Shown here piece after piece: positions 10,764 through 22,128 of a DNA stretch of 64,000 bases. Position numbers and translations under genes: made by a program. How positions within the stretch are numbered: the first letter of the stretch is position 1; the number at the start of each line of letters is the position of its first letter. Origin of the DNA: Nemertoderma westbladi. Lineage: Eukaryota; Animalia; Xenacoelomorpha. Below the pieces are notes generated by a model. That model saw only the letters and a program-made list of their open reading frames with translations. It was not told the DNA's origin and did no database searches. The stretch covers positions 39,091 to 103,090 of the forward strand of contig JAUCBJ010001712.1 in assembly GCA_032718475.1 (NCBI GenBank), given 5' to 3'.

Positions 10764-11224
10764 GGTGTGAGTTAAATGCTATTTCATAATCCCTACATGT
10801 GTCAGTTGCTATCCTCCTTATATATGATCAAATTCAGTGACGGTCGGCAGATCAGTGTGAAGTCGTGTGAAGTAGTGTGACCGATAATAAAGCATCTCCT
10901 AAAGAATGCGCTATTTACGAAACTCAGTAGCCATCTAGTTGTGATTAGTATAAGTCATAACTCTGCTTTTATACTTAAAGCGCCACGTCCTAAAGGAACT
11001 GCTAATATTTCCCCGAAAGTAAATATATTTGTCAGAGATTATATAGTAACGATCAGTCGAATAATACAGTAGGTCTACACCGCAATAACTTCAAAGCATC
11101 CGAATCCAGTCTCCCGTAACCGTGGGTGAATGATCGCGCATAGACTGGCTTCGGCTAATGTAACTTTATGTGCACTAAATACTTGTTATAGGCTAAAGTC
11201 GATTTATGAACAAGAGGACACCTA

Positions 11225-11500
11225 AAATTGGCAGGTTAAACTGCTAAAGGGCTGAAAGCGCGAACAGGGGCAGTACTGTTTGAGCACAGTGCTTTAAATG
11301 CTGTAGCCTCGCCCAACCCCGGCTTTCATCCTTCAGTGGTCGATTGGGAACCAAGGCAACTTGGGAAACAGAGTGGAAGGGTTTACTGTGGAAGATCACC
11401 CATGGTGGTGAACAGGCATTCATTGGCTTAACAAGCCTAAAAGATTCTCCCATTCAAATATTCAATTCGGTACTATACCTTCAATTCAATATTCAATCTT
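11225..11500 (+). mobile_element. Possible SINE remnant
   Basis: GCTTTCATCCTTCAGTGGTCGAT resembles a central block common in invertebrate SINEs; ATTCAA-type tail at ~11452-11498. Confidence 0.35.
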
Positions 11501-12003
11501 AGTATTATTACTGTGCTTCGTTATTTAATAATGTGATTAGATAAAAAAATAAATTAATGAAATATAATTCATCTGTTAATTATTACAAAAAAAAATCCAA
11601 CATTATATTAACATTTATATAGTTTTGAATTAAATGTTTCGAAATCAACAGTCATTCAATGAACTTATACAGCAGTGTCATAATAGTATGTCATAATAGC
11701 ATTAACTTCTATCCCAGTAAATTATAGAACATTATAATCAAAACAATTATACACTTACACCTATTATGTTAATAGTATATTTAAAGTGGATAGATGATAG
11801 AAAGGCACAGTGAATTGATATATTTTTGGCGGTTGATTCAAATTACAGAATTATTATATTTCCATCACAAACTGTACACAGTAGTGCTGCATAATGTACG
11901 TGGGTACGTACTAAAAGGTCAAGGGGCTAGAGCAGTAGACTTCATACTGTAAACTTCTTACTGTAGTAGTACTTACAGTACTTCTACTGTAATAACAGTT
12001 CAG

Positions 12004-12166
12004 TTTAGTTGTTCACGTGCTGCTCGAAGTCCCAGACTAGTGAACCAGTCAGCTTATTTTTCACGTGCTGCTCGAAGTCACAGACTAGTTAACCAGTCAG
12101 CTTAGTTGTTCACGTACTGCTCGAAGTCCCAGACTAGGAAACCAGCCAGTTTAGTTGCTCACGTGC
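12004..12166 (+). repeat. ~49-bp tandem repeat, 3+ copies
   Basis: TTCACGT(G/A)CTGCTCGAAGTC(C/A)CAGACTAG...AACCAG repeated. Confidence 0.85.
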
Positions 12167-14602
12167 GAACCACCCTTTCTAGTACAAATTACATGTCTTT
12201 CAATCATTTGAATTTCCCGTGCTATGGAGTAGGGTGGCACCTTTTAGGGACTTGTGGGTATGTGTTATGTCTCCATCAAGTAGTGGCGAGTAAGCAGCAG
12301 TAATGTATTGTGGAGGATGGTTAATATGTTGCAACAGAGTATGGTAAACAAAGGAGTTAGTCTCAGTGTGCCTATGGTAAGTATGTGGCTGTGTCGATGT
12401 ACTCAATGACTGAGTGGCTGGCAAGCAATGTCGTTGTAGGACAAGCTGTAGATTGCCTTGGAATTAAATTAAGTTATAACCGCGTTCAAGATTATTTCTA
12501 CAAAAAATGATATTATTATGAATAAATATGTTAGTCTGAATTCACCTGTAATCCAAACAAATAGTTATGTTCCGAGTGAAATTGGCGTGAGGTGCCTGGT
12601 CCTCTGTTCTAAATAACAAGGATTAATGTATATTAAGGTCGGGCCTGTCACTGTCCGTTAAATAAACGTTCAACTGCCTAAAGAGAGTTGTGATAAATTA
12701 TTATTATAGTAAATAGGTAATAGAATGTACTTACAATATTTGGGGGGCTGTAACACAATGTTACAGGTTTATAACAATAAAACAATGGTAATATGTAGGA
12801 TGTATGTACGATAGGACAAATAAAATACTTGTTACTTAGTTACTTGAGTTACTGAAATAAAAAGGGTAATACAATTTTAATAATAACATCCGTAACACAC
12901 CATACAAACGCTAACCAAGTTATTAAGTATATGATTGGTAATGAATGCAGCAATTTATTGGTAATTAGTCGCTTCACACGCAGTGATTGCCTTGTGTTTA
13001 CTTCCGCAGGTAAAAGGCCTTACTCTCTCCTGGCTTCGCAAACGGGTGACCAATAATGTCAAAATTAAACCATAGCCACACAAGTAAACTCTCTGACTCA
13101 ATCAACAATTCGAATGGAAATGCACCCGTAATTCTTGCACTCACGCAATGTTGCACAAACGGAATTCGCAAACTGTTGTTACAATACTAAACACGTCAAA
13201 GCAAACAATCAGTACCACTCCAAATGATATCGGGATTATCTATACTGTATTTTGTCAAGTAACGCCCTCCCAGTTCAGCATGCATTAGGCTACGCGTCCG
13301 TGTCGATGGCTTATGGATTACAACTCCCTCGGGTAACATAAGACTTACTTTCCTACACGTTCGGAGGATTTACATGTCAGGGACAATGCAGTGTTTCAAA
13401 TCCTTCAACAATTCGTCGATAAAGCATTCAGTTCTCAATATCAAGCAGAATAAAAACATATACGAATAACACAGCACTAGTTCTACATGCATTTGAAGCA
13501 GTTTTTTTTTACATGGGTCAGGTCAAGATCAGGTCAGGTATTCTAGGTCATTGATCAAGAAAACTTGCCACCTCCATGCAGCATAAAGGAGGTGCCACCT
13601 GTAGCTGCATAGACCCTTTTACTAGGTTAAATCTCGTCCTATAACTAGGGCCCCTTTGTTCTGGGATAAGGACGCTCTTGGTCCTGGATAAAGGACCCAT
13701 ATACTTGGCTGCAGGGGTATATGGCCTGGCCAGGCAGATGGTGATCTACCAATGGCTGGATGCAAATAGAGTGTTCTCATGTCCACTCTGAGAGCATTTC
13801 ACTGCGACCTGCACCTGGCAGCAAGGGTACAGGGCATGACCCAGCAGATGAGCTGCAACAGCCAATGGTGGGTCATGTGCGCCAGAGTAGATATGGGTGA
13901 TGGGCCTCATATCTGACTCCATTGCGACACCCACCCTGTGGAATCGCAAACCATGGTGTGGTATTTGCCCCGAGAGCTGACTCGGCAATAAAGCACCCCC
14001 CAACCCCCACTATGGATTACATTAGCAATGCGGAGGTCCGGCCACTAGAGGCCAGTGGAATTACCGGACACAATCGGCCTCACAGGCGTCAGTTAACTCT
14101 TGACCGGCTGCCTGTCTCACCCCCTACTGGAGAGAGAGCAGCCAACAATTCTTTGAGTCCCTTTCCTGATGACCTTTCTGGCCCAAACCCTGGGTCACCA
14201 GGGAGTCCAGATTGTGAGGGGGAGAGGGATTCTGGAGTTGGAGGCTACTCTCATGTTCCACCCTGACCAACAAAGCCATTGGTGAATCTGAGGCAAGTCA
14301 CTAGACTAGACTCAGTAAACACCCTAACACTCGGGTCCCCAATGCGACAAGGTAGACTATTCCTTATGCTGTGCTGTCTGTGAACAATTATTGTACGTGC
14401 GACTTACTAGTAGGACATTATATGAGGCCTAGTATGGGGTAAGCGCACATTGCACGCGTGTTGCACAGGCAATGGCAGCATTGAGTTTGAACCGAGCCGA
14501 TGTAAATTAATCCTGCAGTATGCACTCACCAGATTGAAAACGGTGTGGTGTGATCTTGAATCTTGAAAATTCTCCAAACAATACATGCAATTATAGTAAG
14601 AT

Positions 14603-16959
14603 TGTTGTGTCCTCTACGGTAGGGACTACCCTACAGCCTACAAATCTACTAATACGAAGCTATAGAATATCTCTATCCGTAAAGTCCAGTAGTATACCGC
14701 TTACCAGATCCTAGTAACGATGTATCTTACTGTAAGACTCTAGTAATGAAACGGGCTCGTACAGTATCTGACAACAAATCCCAGTCCAGGATATCTAAAC
14801 AAACAGATACAATACACAAACTACTACTGGCGAGGAGCAGAGCCTGGTGTCTATTCTAGGTACGTGGGCGGGTCTAATGCCTACGTACTAGACAAAAGGA
14901 TACCTGTCCTCTAACCGGTATGGCAGATGTACAGTTACAGTAACAGACCAAACTCACGGGAAAACAATCCCCGCGCAGCGAATCCTAACTATCGCTGACA
15001 GTCCTAAATACAGTAACTTGCCGCGGTGTGATTTATATGGTTTATATACGAGCTAGGTGGGTTACGGCCCTAGCATAACAATACTGATCCCCCTGTCTCA
15101 ATCAGCCTAAAAGAGGTCGTGCCTAAATGTAACGATAACTGATCTCCCTGCGCGAAACCAGTCTAAAAGGTCAGGCCTAAATGTAACAATAACTGATCCC
15201 CCTGTACGAAATCAGTCTAAAGGGTCGAGCCTAAATGTAACAATACTGCTGCGCAGAAAACAACAGTTTAATAACGAAAATGAAATGCTCCCTTTCATGC
15301 CGTAACTAAATATCTGATCCTAATTTTACAAATACCGAAAGTACGATAAATATACTTCGCCTAAAGTGATCTAAAGTACGCTATAACTAGTAGGAACTCT
15401 AAGGGTAAATATGTTTTAGGGCGTGTGTGTGTGGGTGTGTTACAAAATAAAACAATTTTGGTGTATCCTTTCACTAGGTTTTAGTGATTCTCTTACCGAA
15501 ATAATACCGTGCGCTAGCTACTAAAATAAACTAGTCGCGTTTTGTAGAACTTTATACTCACAAATGACGTCAAAGCTCTCTCCTTCCTATCCACAACTCA
15601 ATGGGCAACCACGGTGTTAGTAACTACACCCGTGATCGGCACAAATACCAGATTCTGGTTGTAAGATAAGAAATAGGGATTAATTGCTACCGTACGTTAG
15701 CTGATCTGGTATACGAATTTGATTCTAGAACTTTGTTGCCGCGGTAGTTAGCAGCAATACCTATCAGTACGTGGCAAGGCATGGTAGGATATTAATAAAA
15801 CCTCCCTAGGCCAAGCGGTGTGCCGGTAGCAGAAATACTCCTTGCCTGATCAAATAACAAACTTCAGGCAGGGGGGGGGGGGGGGTACTAATGTATGCTC
15901 TACAAAGCGAACCGGTACCAAACGGTCAGTACTGCGAATCACTAAATTATGGAATATATGCTGTCTGTACCTAATATGTACTCGCGTACTGACGGACAGC
16001 AATAATTCGCTTCTTCCTACTTACCTGTGAGGTATACAGGTAACCCAGGGGTTCGCAGGACTGGCAAAGGGGGGGGGGGGGGGGGGGGGGGGGGTGGTTT
16101 CTGCCTAAAATATAGTTATTTGATCCTAAATTTGCGGCGTCCCAGGACGACGTCACGCTTACCCTGATCTATAGGTCTTACGGCAGGCAAGGGCATCAAA
16201 CAAAGTCTTACCTTCCTCATAAAGCGGGCGCAGCATGGCATGTGGAGCATTTCGAAGGGCGAAGGGGGTGTGCGGTTCAAGTTAACGTGGGCGCTAGCGT
16301 GTTGTGGACATCTTTTCCCTGCGTTGCTGACGGCCTAACGGTCTAGGCGGTCATCTTCCCGATGTTTGGCTGTCCCAAAGTTGGACCAAAGAAAAACATG
16401 TTCAGGAATTTACAAATATATTTACAGTTTACGACTTTATCAAACAGAATTGCAAAGTTTCAACAAGAAACATAATAAACTGAAGTTAAGTTTGAGACAA
16501 GTGATACTAATAGTGAAGAGTAGTAGTACTAACTAAGAATGGTGATAACCGAAGGCAAACCAGCCTTTTTATACTAAATCTGGGACATAGAATTCACTAG
16601 AACCTTCGAGAGTATTCGATGGCCTCACATTGGAGCAATAAGATATTCCATGCCTTATGATTGGCCTAACTCATCGTTCGATACGTTGTACGCTCCTCAT
16701 TGGCTTACCAATTTGTACCAAATGAAAATAAATGGCCCCAAAATGCAAATTTCCCGACCAAGATTTGAACTCGTAACCTATGTAATGCAACCAACGCCTT
16801 AACCATCTGACCACTACACCACGAGAGTAACTGGGGGTTTTATGTATACAAATATGAATAGGCATATTACATTACTGTAACTTAATCAAAGTGCGTCGGA
16901 TTTTCGAAAGTTTTTTACGTTATACTACAAATGCTATCCTATAGTGAAATAATTCATCA
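14603..16959 (-). repeat. 3' LTR of element A (2357 bp)
   Basis: Near-identical to 36038-38320; CCAAT boxes and TATAAAA (~16570), poly-G tracts, ~54-bp internal repeat x3. Confidence 0.95.
16740..16825 (-). ncRNA. tRNA-like Pol III cassette inside the LTR (second copy at ~38100-38186)
   Basis: A box TGGTCAGATGG, B box GAGTTCAAATC, downstream TTTT. Confidence 0.55.
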
Positions 16960-17496
16960 CCGCTCCATGAAAACAGTAAGTAAGACTGTTTTCTCCAATC
17001 GAAATACAAAACTATTTACAAATACTTCTAAGTCTACTGGTAGGGCCTAAAATATAAAACAATCACTATCTAATTATTGCATACTTAATATTGCAGGTAC
17101 AGCGTAACTACAATCCATCATACATACAAATACAAATTTACAAATCAACTTTAGTGCATAAAATACAAAAAAGGCTTTCGGTTATCAAATAAACAAATTA
17201 AACAAATCAGAACAAAATAAATCAAAACGAATCGAACAAATAATTTCAACTCTTTCAATAAATCTTTATATTGTAAATATACATAATAAACTTCCACCAA
17301 ATTAAATCAGTCCAAATATAAAATAAACATAAGGCGCTAAAATCCTTTAAATAAGTCTTAAAGTGTCCTCCTGACGATCTAAATAGTTCGTCCTGCTGGT
17401 CTGGATGTCTTCTCCTGAGCACTAATTGCTAACGGTAGGCTCGCAAGCCTTCCTTCTCTATCTCGCTCCTCCAAATCAACGTCCGATATAGATACC

Positions 17497-17610
17497 CAAA
17501 TATAATATCCAAACATAAAATATCCAATATAACTATCCAAATATAATATCCAAACATAAAATATCCAATATAAATATCCAAATATAATATCCGAATATAA
17601 ATATCCAAAT
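17497..17610. repeat. ATATCCAAAT-type microrepeat in the ORF3 3' UTR
   Basis: Repeated atatccaa units. Confidence 0.8.
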
Positions 17611-17646
17611 CAGTAGGCTCACAAGCCTTCCTTTCTGCTCGCTTTC

Positions 17647-20600
17647 CTATTCCTTGGCTGATCGGGCTCGTCCACGTCCTCTAGTGCGACTGGGTGGTGG
17701 TCGAGATCGAACTGGACTCGGACTTCGGTGTCGAGTTGTCGGTGGTTCCAAAACGCTAGGAAAAGGGACGACGGGAGTCTCACACATCCGTCGTGCGCTC
17801 AGTCCTCTAAATCGTCGTCCGATTCCAACTGTCGGCTTAACATCGGATCGAGTTTCTACAACGCTGGGAGGAAGTTGAAAGGGTAGGACCGTTCCGTCCG
17901 TTGACACCTCGCTCTCTGACATCGTTTGAATCCTAATGGGTTCCGGCAAAGCGTATCCTGTCCCTCCGCGTGGTTCTCTAGCGAGGGAAACCGTGCCCCG
18001 AGTCATCCGGATTTGCGACTTCGATGTCGTTCTCTCGGCGACATTTACTACTTTCTTTATCTCTTGTCCGGCCTTTTGGGCTCTGAGTATACGAAGTTGC
18101 GGATCATCCTGTGGGTGACGTGTCTTTTCAGCTAACGGCGTGGCCTTGAAGCCAGTCTCACGCAAAACGTCGGTCTCGTCTAAAATGCACGAGGTTACGC
18201 GTTTGTGATAAAATGCGCTCCTGTATGCCCAAGCTATCGAATGCCAAGCTCCTCGATTCCGCTGTTCAACTCGCAATTTGTCGAATTCCCCGGCGGTAAT
18301 CTTGTTCACCACAGTTTGAAAGTTCCAAGTATTCTTGTTGTCGTGGTGTACCTGTAGAAAGTAGTCCCGCACAACTTTAAATCCGCTATCCAGTGGCAAT
18401 ATATCCAGCACCTCCAGAAGTTCGTCGTACTGAGGCATAGCCGACACGTATCCTTCCTTCGACATTATGAGAGGGTTTACGGCCCAAAATTCCAAGTGGG
18501 CTCTCATAGGAAAACGGCGTCGCTGCGTTGATACATGCTCGTCTGCTAGATTCTCCCAATGGTCGAATAGCTGTCGAACGATTTTAACTGACATATGCTC
18601 ATAGGGAACGTCCCTAAGTTGACATTCGGACGCCCTATGGCCTTTAATATTACAATATGTGCACTGCGCCACGAAACGCCAGCAAGTGTAGAAAGTGTGC
18701 GAACGCTGATCCCCGCACCAGTTGCATACCAAGTCTGGTAGAGATATGTGTTTCGCTCCGCATTTCTTTGCGTGGTGGCCAGTTGCCCCGCATCTGCCAC
18801 AAATAGTGTTGGCAGGGTACCAAACTCGCTCATAGATAAGATCTCCGATGGGGCGAGCGCTACCGTCCACGTGATAATTCTCATCATCCGGGTCAGTCGG
18901 TATGTTCGTCTCCGTGGATTGTACACAAACCATGGCATCGCTTTTCTCCAACTCGCGTATCTCAGTTCGCGTCTTCCTCGGAAGATTCTCCTCTATTTCT
19001 ATGAGATGCCGCAACGGTTCGTCTATTAGCGCCAACTCGGTCGGATCCACATCGTCGTGATGGGCGGTAGGCTCGCGAGCCTTCCAGGATCCTTCCGGGC
19101 GTTCGAATTCCGCGTGGCATTCCCCGTCGTAGGGTACTATCGTTAACATCGAAGGTCTGTCGACTAGGCTTCCCGCGTGAGTGAGATAGACGTCCCTGAA
19201 AACGCTAAGTCCCGCTCGCGTGAAAACTTCGCAGTGCGCATCGGTGTTATAAAAGGGTTGGAGAAATCGTCAGAATACATCCGTATGCGTCCTTCCTCCA
19301 TCGTAAAAGGTATGTCCTTCACCGAGACATAACGGGTGTCGCTTCAGAGTCCTAGACACAACATCGGCGATGAAGCAGACGTTGACCGAAGATTCTATCG
19401 CCAAGTAATATTGTAAGATTATTCGCGGAGGTGAAGTAATCACCCAGTACACGCAACCTCGCCACTTTAACTGTGACTCGAACTCGTTTACGTCGGGAGT
19501 GTCTCCCTCTCCGTATACGTCCGTGTATTTGCTCCTCTTACTCTCCTTATAATCCCAACTGAACATTAGATGAGATATAACCCATCCCAGTTTTTAGCGT
19601 GTTATACTCCCTAAAGTATCCTTGCTCGATAGCCCAAAGTAACAATGGTCTAGTATCCACGTACGGCGTAGGCAATCGGTCCTCTTCCATGGGCATCCCT
19701 GCAAAGTCACTAATAAGGTCATCCCGTACACCGGATCCGATCTTGACAATGCTTTTGTCTAACACAACGTCTCGCACGGCCTTTGGCAACATCCTAGCTT
19801 CTATGCTACAAGCCAGATCCATGGATTTAACTATCCGTTTTATCATCGCGTGTCTTTGCGTCGTTCCTTCCGGCATAGGCATCTTTCTATCGCTTCTTTG
19901 TCGGCTGAAAACATGTAACACGCCATCTGGTGCTCTAATCTGTATAGTCTTCGAAGTGAGGCTTTGCTGGTGGCTTCCTCCTTCATTATCGTAAAACATG
20001 TAACCATTCTCCTTCACAGATCGGCTAGTCACGTCCCAATCGTCGAGTAAATCGTCGGTAGGGTTCCAAATTCTCCCAATCGACTTTTCATCATCGAAAC
20101 TAATAGGTTTTCCGGTCCAATTGGTCGCGATGTCAGTATCGGTCTCGAATGTTCCGACTCCGATCCATAATCGAATCGTTCTCGTCAGATATCCTCGCAA
20201 GATACAAGGTGCGATATCCGTCCCCGCGTGATCCACTTCCTTAAAATCTGTAATATGTGGAGGCACATTGCGTACGATTTTCTGAACTATTGTTCTACGC
20301 AACTCGGCTGACTCTAACACATCACCATAGGTAACCGATGGGAGGAAATCCAGGTTCGAAATGATCTCCGGGTGTTCAACTATAGGGATCTCGTAAGTTG
20401 TCTCCTTCCGGGTCGGTATACTAATAGGAAAACTAGTTGGTCTCGCAACCGGTACTATCGTTCCAGCAGAATGGGGTTGAGGTTCTCGCGTCATCTCGAC
20501 ATGAGGTATCTGTAGTCTTTGCGACAAACGCTGAGCAAAGGTGATACTATTGAAGAGCTCGGGTGTCATCTCCTTAGGTTCGGTTTGATCGTGGGATATC

Positions 20601-21424
20601 CAATAGAATGGTAGGCTCGCGAGCCTTCCACCGAACTCCTCGCCTTTCTCGTACGCCTTGTACGCCCTGTAGAGGCTCAAAGCTTCCCGTTTCTCTTGTG
20701 TCGACTTATTAGATTCGTCCACTACCATGCTGTAGACGTCTGGTTCGGCTAATTTAGGTTTGTTAATAACGATCTCACCCGCGTTCGGTCCACTCATTTT
20801 AAACGAATGATACGGATTTGTCAAAGGGTATCCACCTTCTTGGTAACGTAGACTTTGGTGGTATGAGCATCGCGCTAATATCGGCTCCGGGTTCTCCGAG
20901 TTCAACCGCATAGGAATCGCGTTGTCTTGCTCACGCATACACGCTCCACATTTATAAAACAGTTTGTATATGGAGAACGCGTCCTTGGTCTCTGGATCCG
21001 CTCCTCGAGTGCGTCTATAAAGATGCATTCCTTCAAATTCGTCCCTGGCTGCAGGTAAGGGTTCATTTACTGTCAAGTATTGCAGCATATGATATAATCG
21101 GCGTATTTCGGTGTCTGGATCCTCGCAAATGTCGCTAGCGTCGCATAACGCGTCGTAAGGATATAACGCATTGAACTCCGCGCGTAATTCCTCTGTTCTT
21201 TTGTTATATGCGTCCAATCGTTGTCGCGTAACATTCGGGTCCGCCTTGGATTTAGCGAGCTTGGCTGTACTCCTAGCCATACTCTCCACTCCAAACACAC
21301 TAAAGTTTTTAGCTCCATAACGATTAAATGGCGCCTGGTGCTCGTGTTCCTGCGTAAACCCTTGACGTAACTCTTTATAAATCTTCTCCGCCATCATATA
21401 CGCGTATATATGGTTACATATCAT
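17647..21424 (-). pseudogene. ORF3 of element A: DEDDy (WRN/EXD/RNase D-like) 3'-5' exonuclease domain plus three CCHC zinc knuckles, ~1250 codons, one frameshift and one stop
   Basis: YMFYDNEG (ExoI), TIQIR, LPKAVRDVVLDKSIVKIGSGVRDDL (ExoII), YVDT, QYYLAIE (ExoIII); CGRCGATGHHAKKC, CNWCGDQRSHTFYTC, CTYCNIKGHRASEC; the 98-aa and 500-aa ORFs share a frame across TGA 19270. Confidence 0.75.
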
Positions 21425-22128
21425 TACGTTTCTACTAGATGAAGCACAAAATAGAGGTTAGATGTGAGGTGACTTAGAGTTTGTCGGCTTTTGGCTCAAC
21501 TTTGCTCTAAACCCCAACCCATTTGCCTAATGACTTCGGTTCGCGTGATTTCGCACTGGCTCCTAATCCAAAAAAATGTGCCGATAAAAAACGAATTCCG
21601 GGTAAACTAGCCGCGAGTTTAAAATACTCACCTTTTAATTTCCCAAACTACATTCCCCAAGAAATAATAGTGCAGTCGAGAATTAATTCGGTCTGAATAA
21701 TTGTAGACACGACTACGTAGAACAAGGCCGGTTTTCTTTTCCAAAAAAATTTATCGGTAGGCTCGCAAGCCTTCCATCCGCTCTTGTCCTCCCCAATTTT
21801 AATTTTATCTAGCTGTATTCTAGAATTCTCATTCACTGGAGAATCATTTTTCTTAAATTTAAATCCAACTAAATGGATTTGTCTAATAATTTTTGAAAAA
21901 TTGTCTCACTTGTGGGTTCCAAGTGGAATTCCATTCCTACTGTACACACAATCCCGCTCCTATGTGATACATAAGGGTACTACCCTCCATGTTCACATAT
22001 AAAGACAATGGAATTCCACCGCTGTCTCTATCTACAGTGAAGAGGATTACAAATGCACATAAAGTAATACAAATACTAAATTACTAAAATACGGTAGGTC
22101 TATGTGGCGGCCAACAAAGGTCCCACAT

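Noticed and set aside
13520-14345. GC-richer segment with ORFs 13746-14003 and 13922-14266
   Set aside because: Possibly a TE fragment, but I could not recognise any domain, termini or TSD.
15869-16094. Poly-G tracts in LTR A as functional G-quadruplexes
   Set aside because: Length differs between LTR copies and no equivalent was seen in LTR B.
17647-21424. env gene
   Set aside because: No signal peptide or transmembrane segment seen; motifs indicate a nuclease and zinc knuckles.
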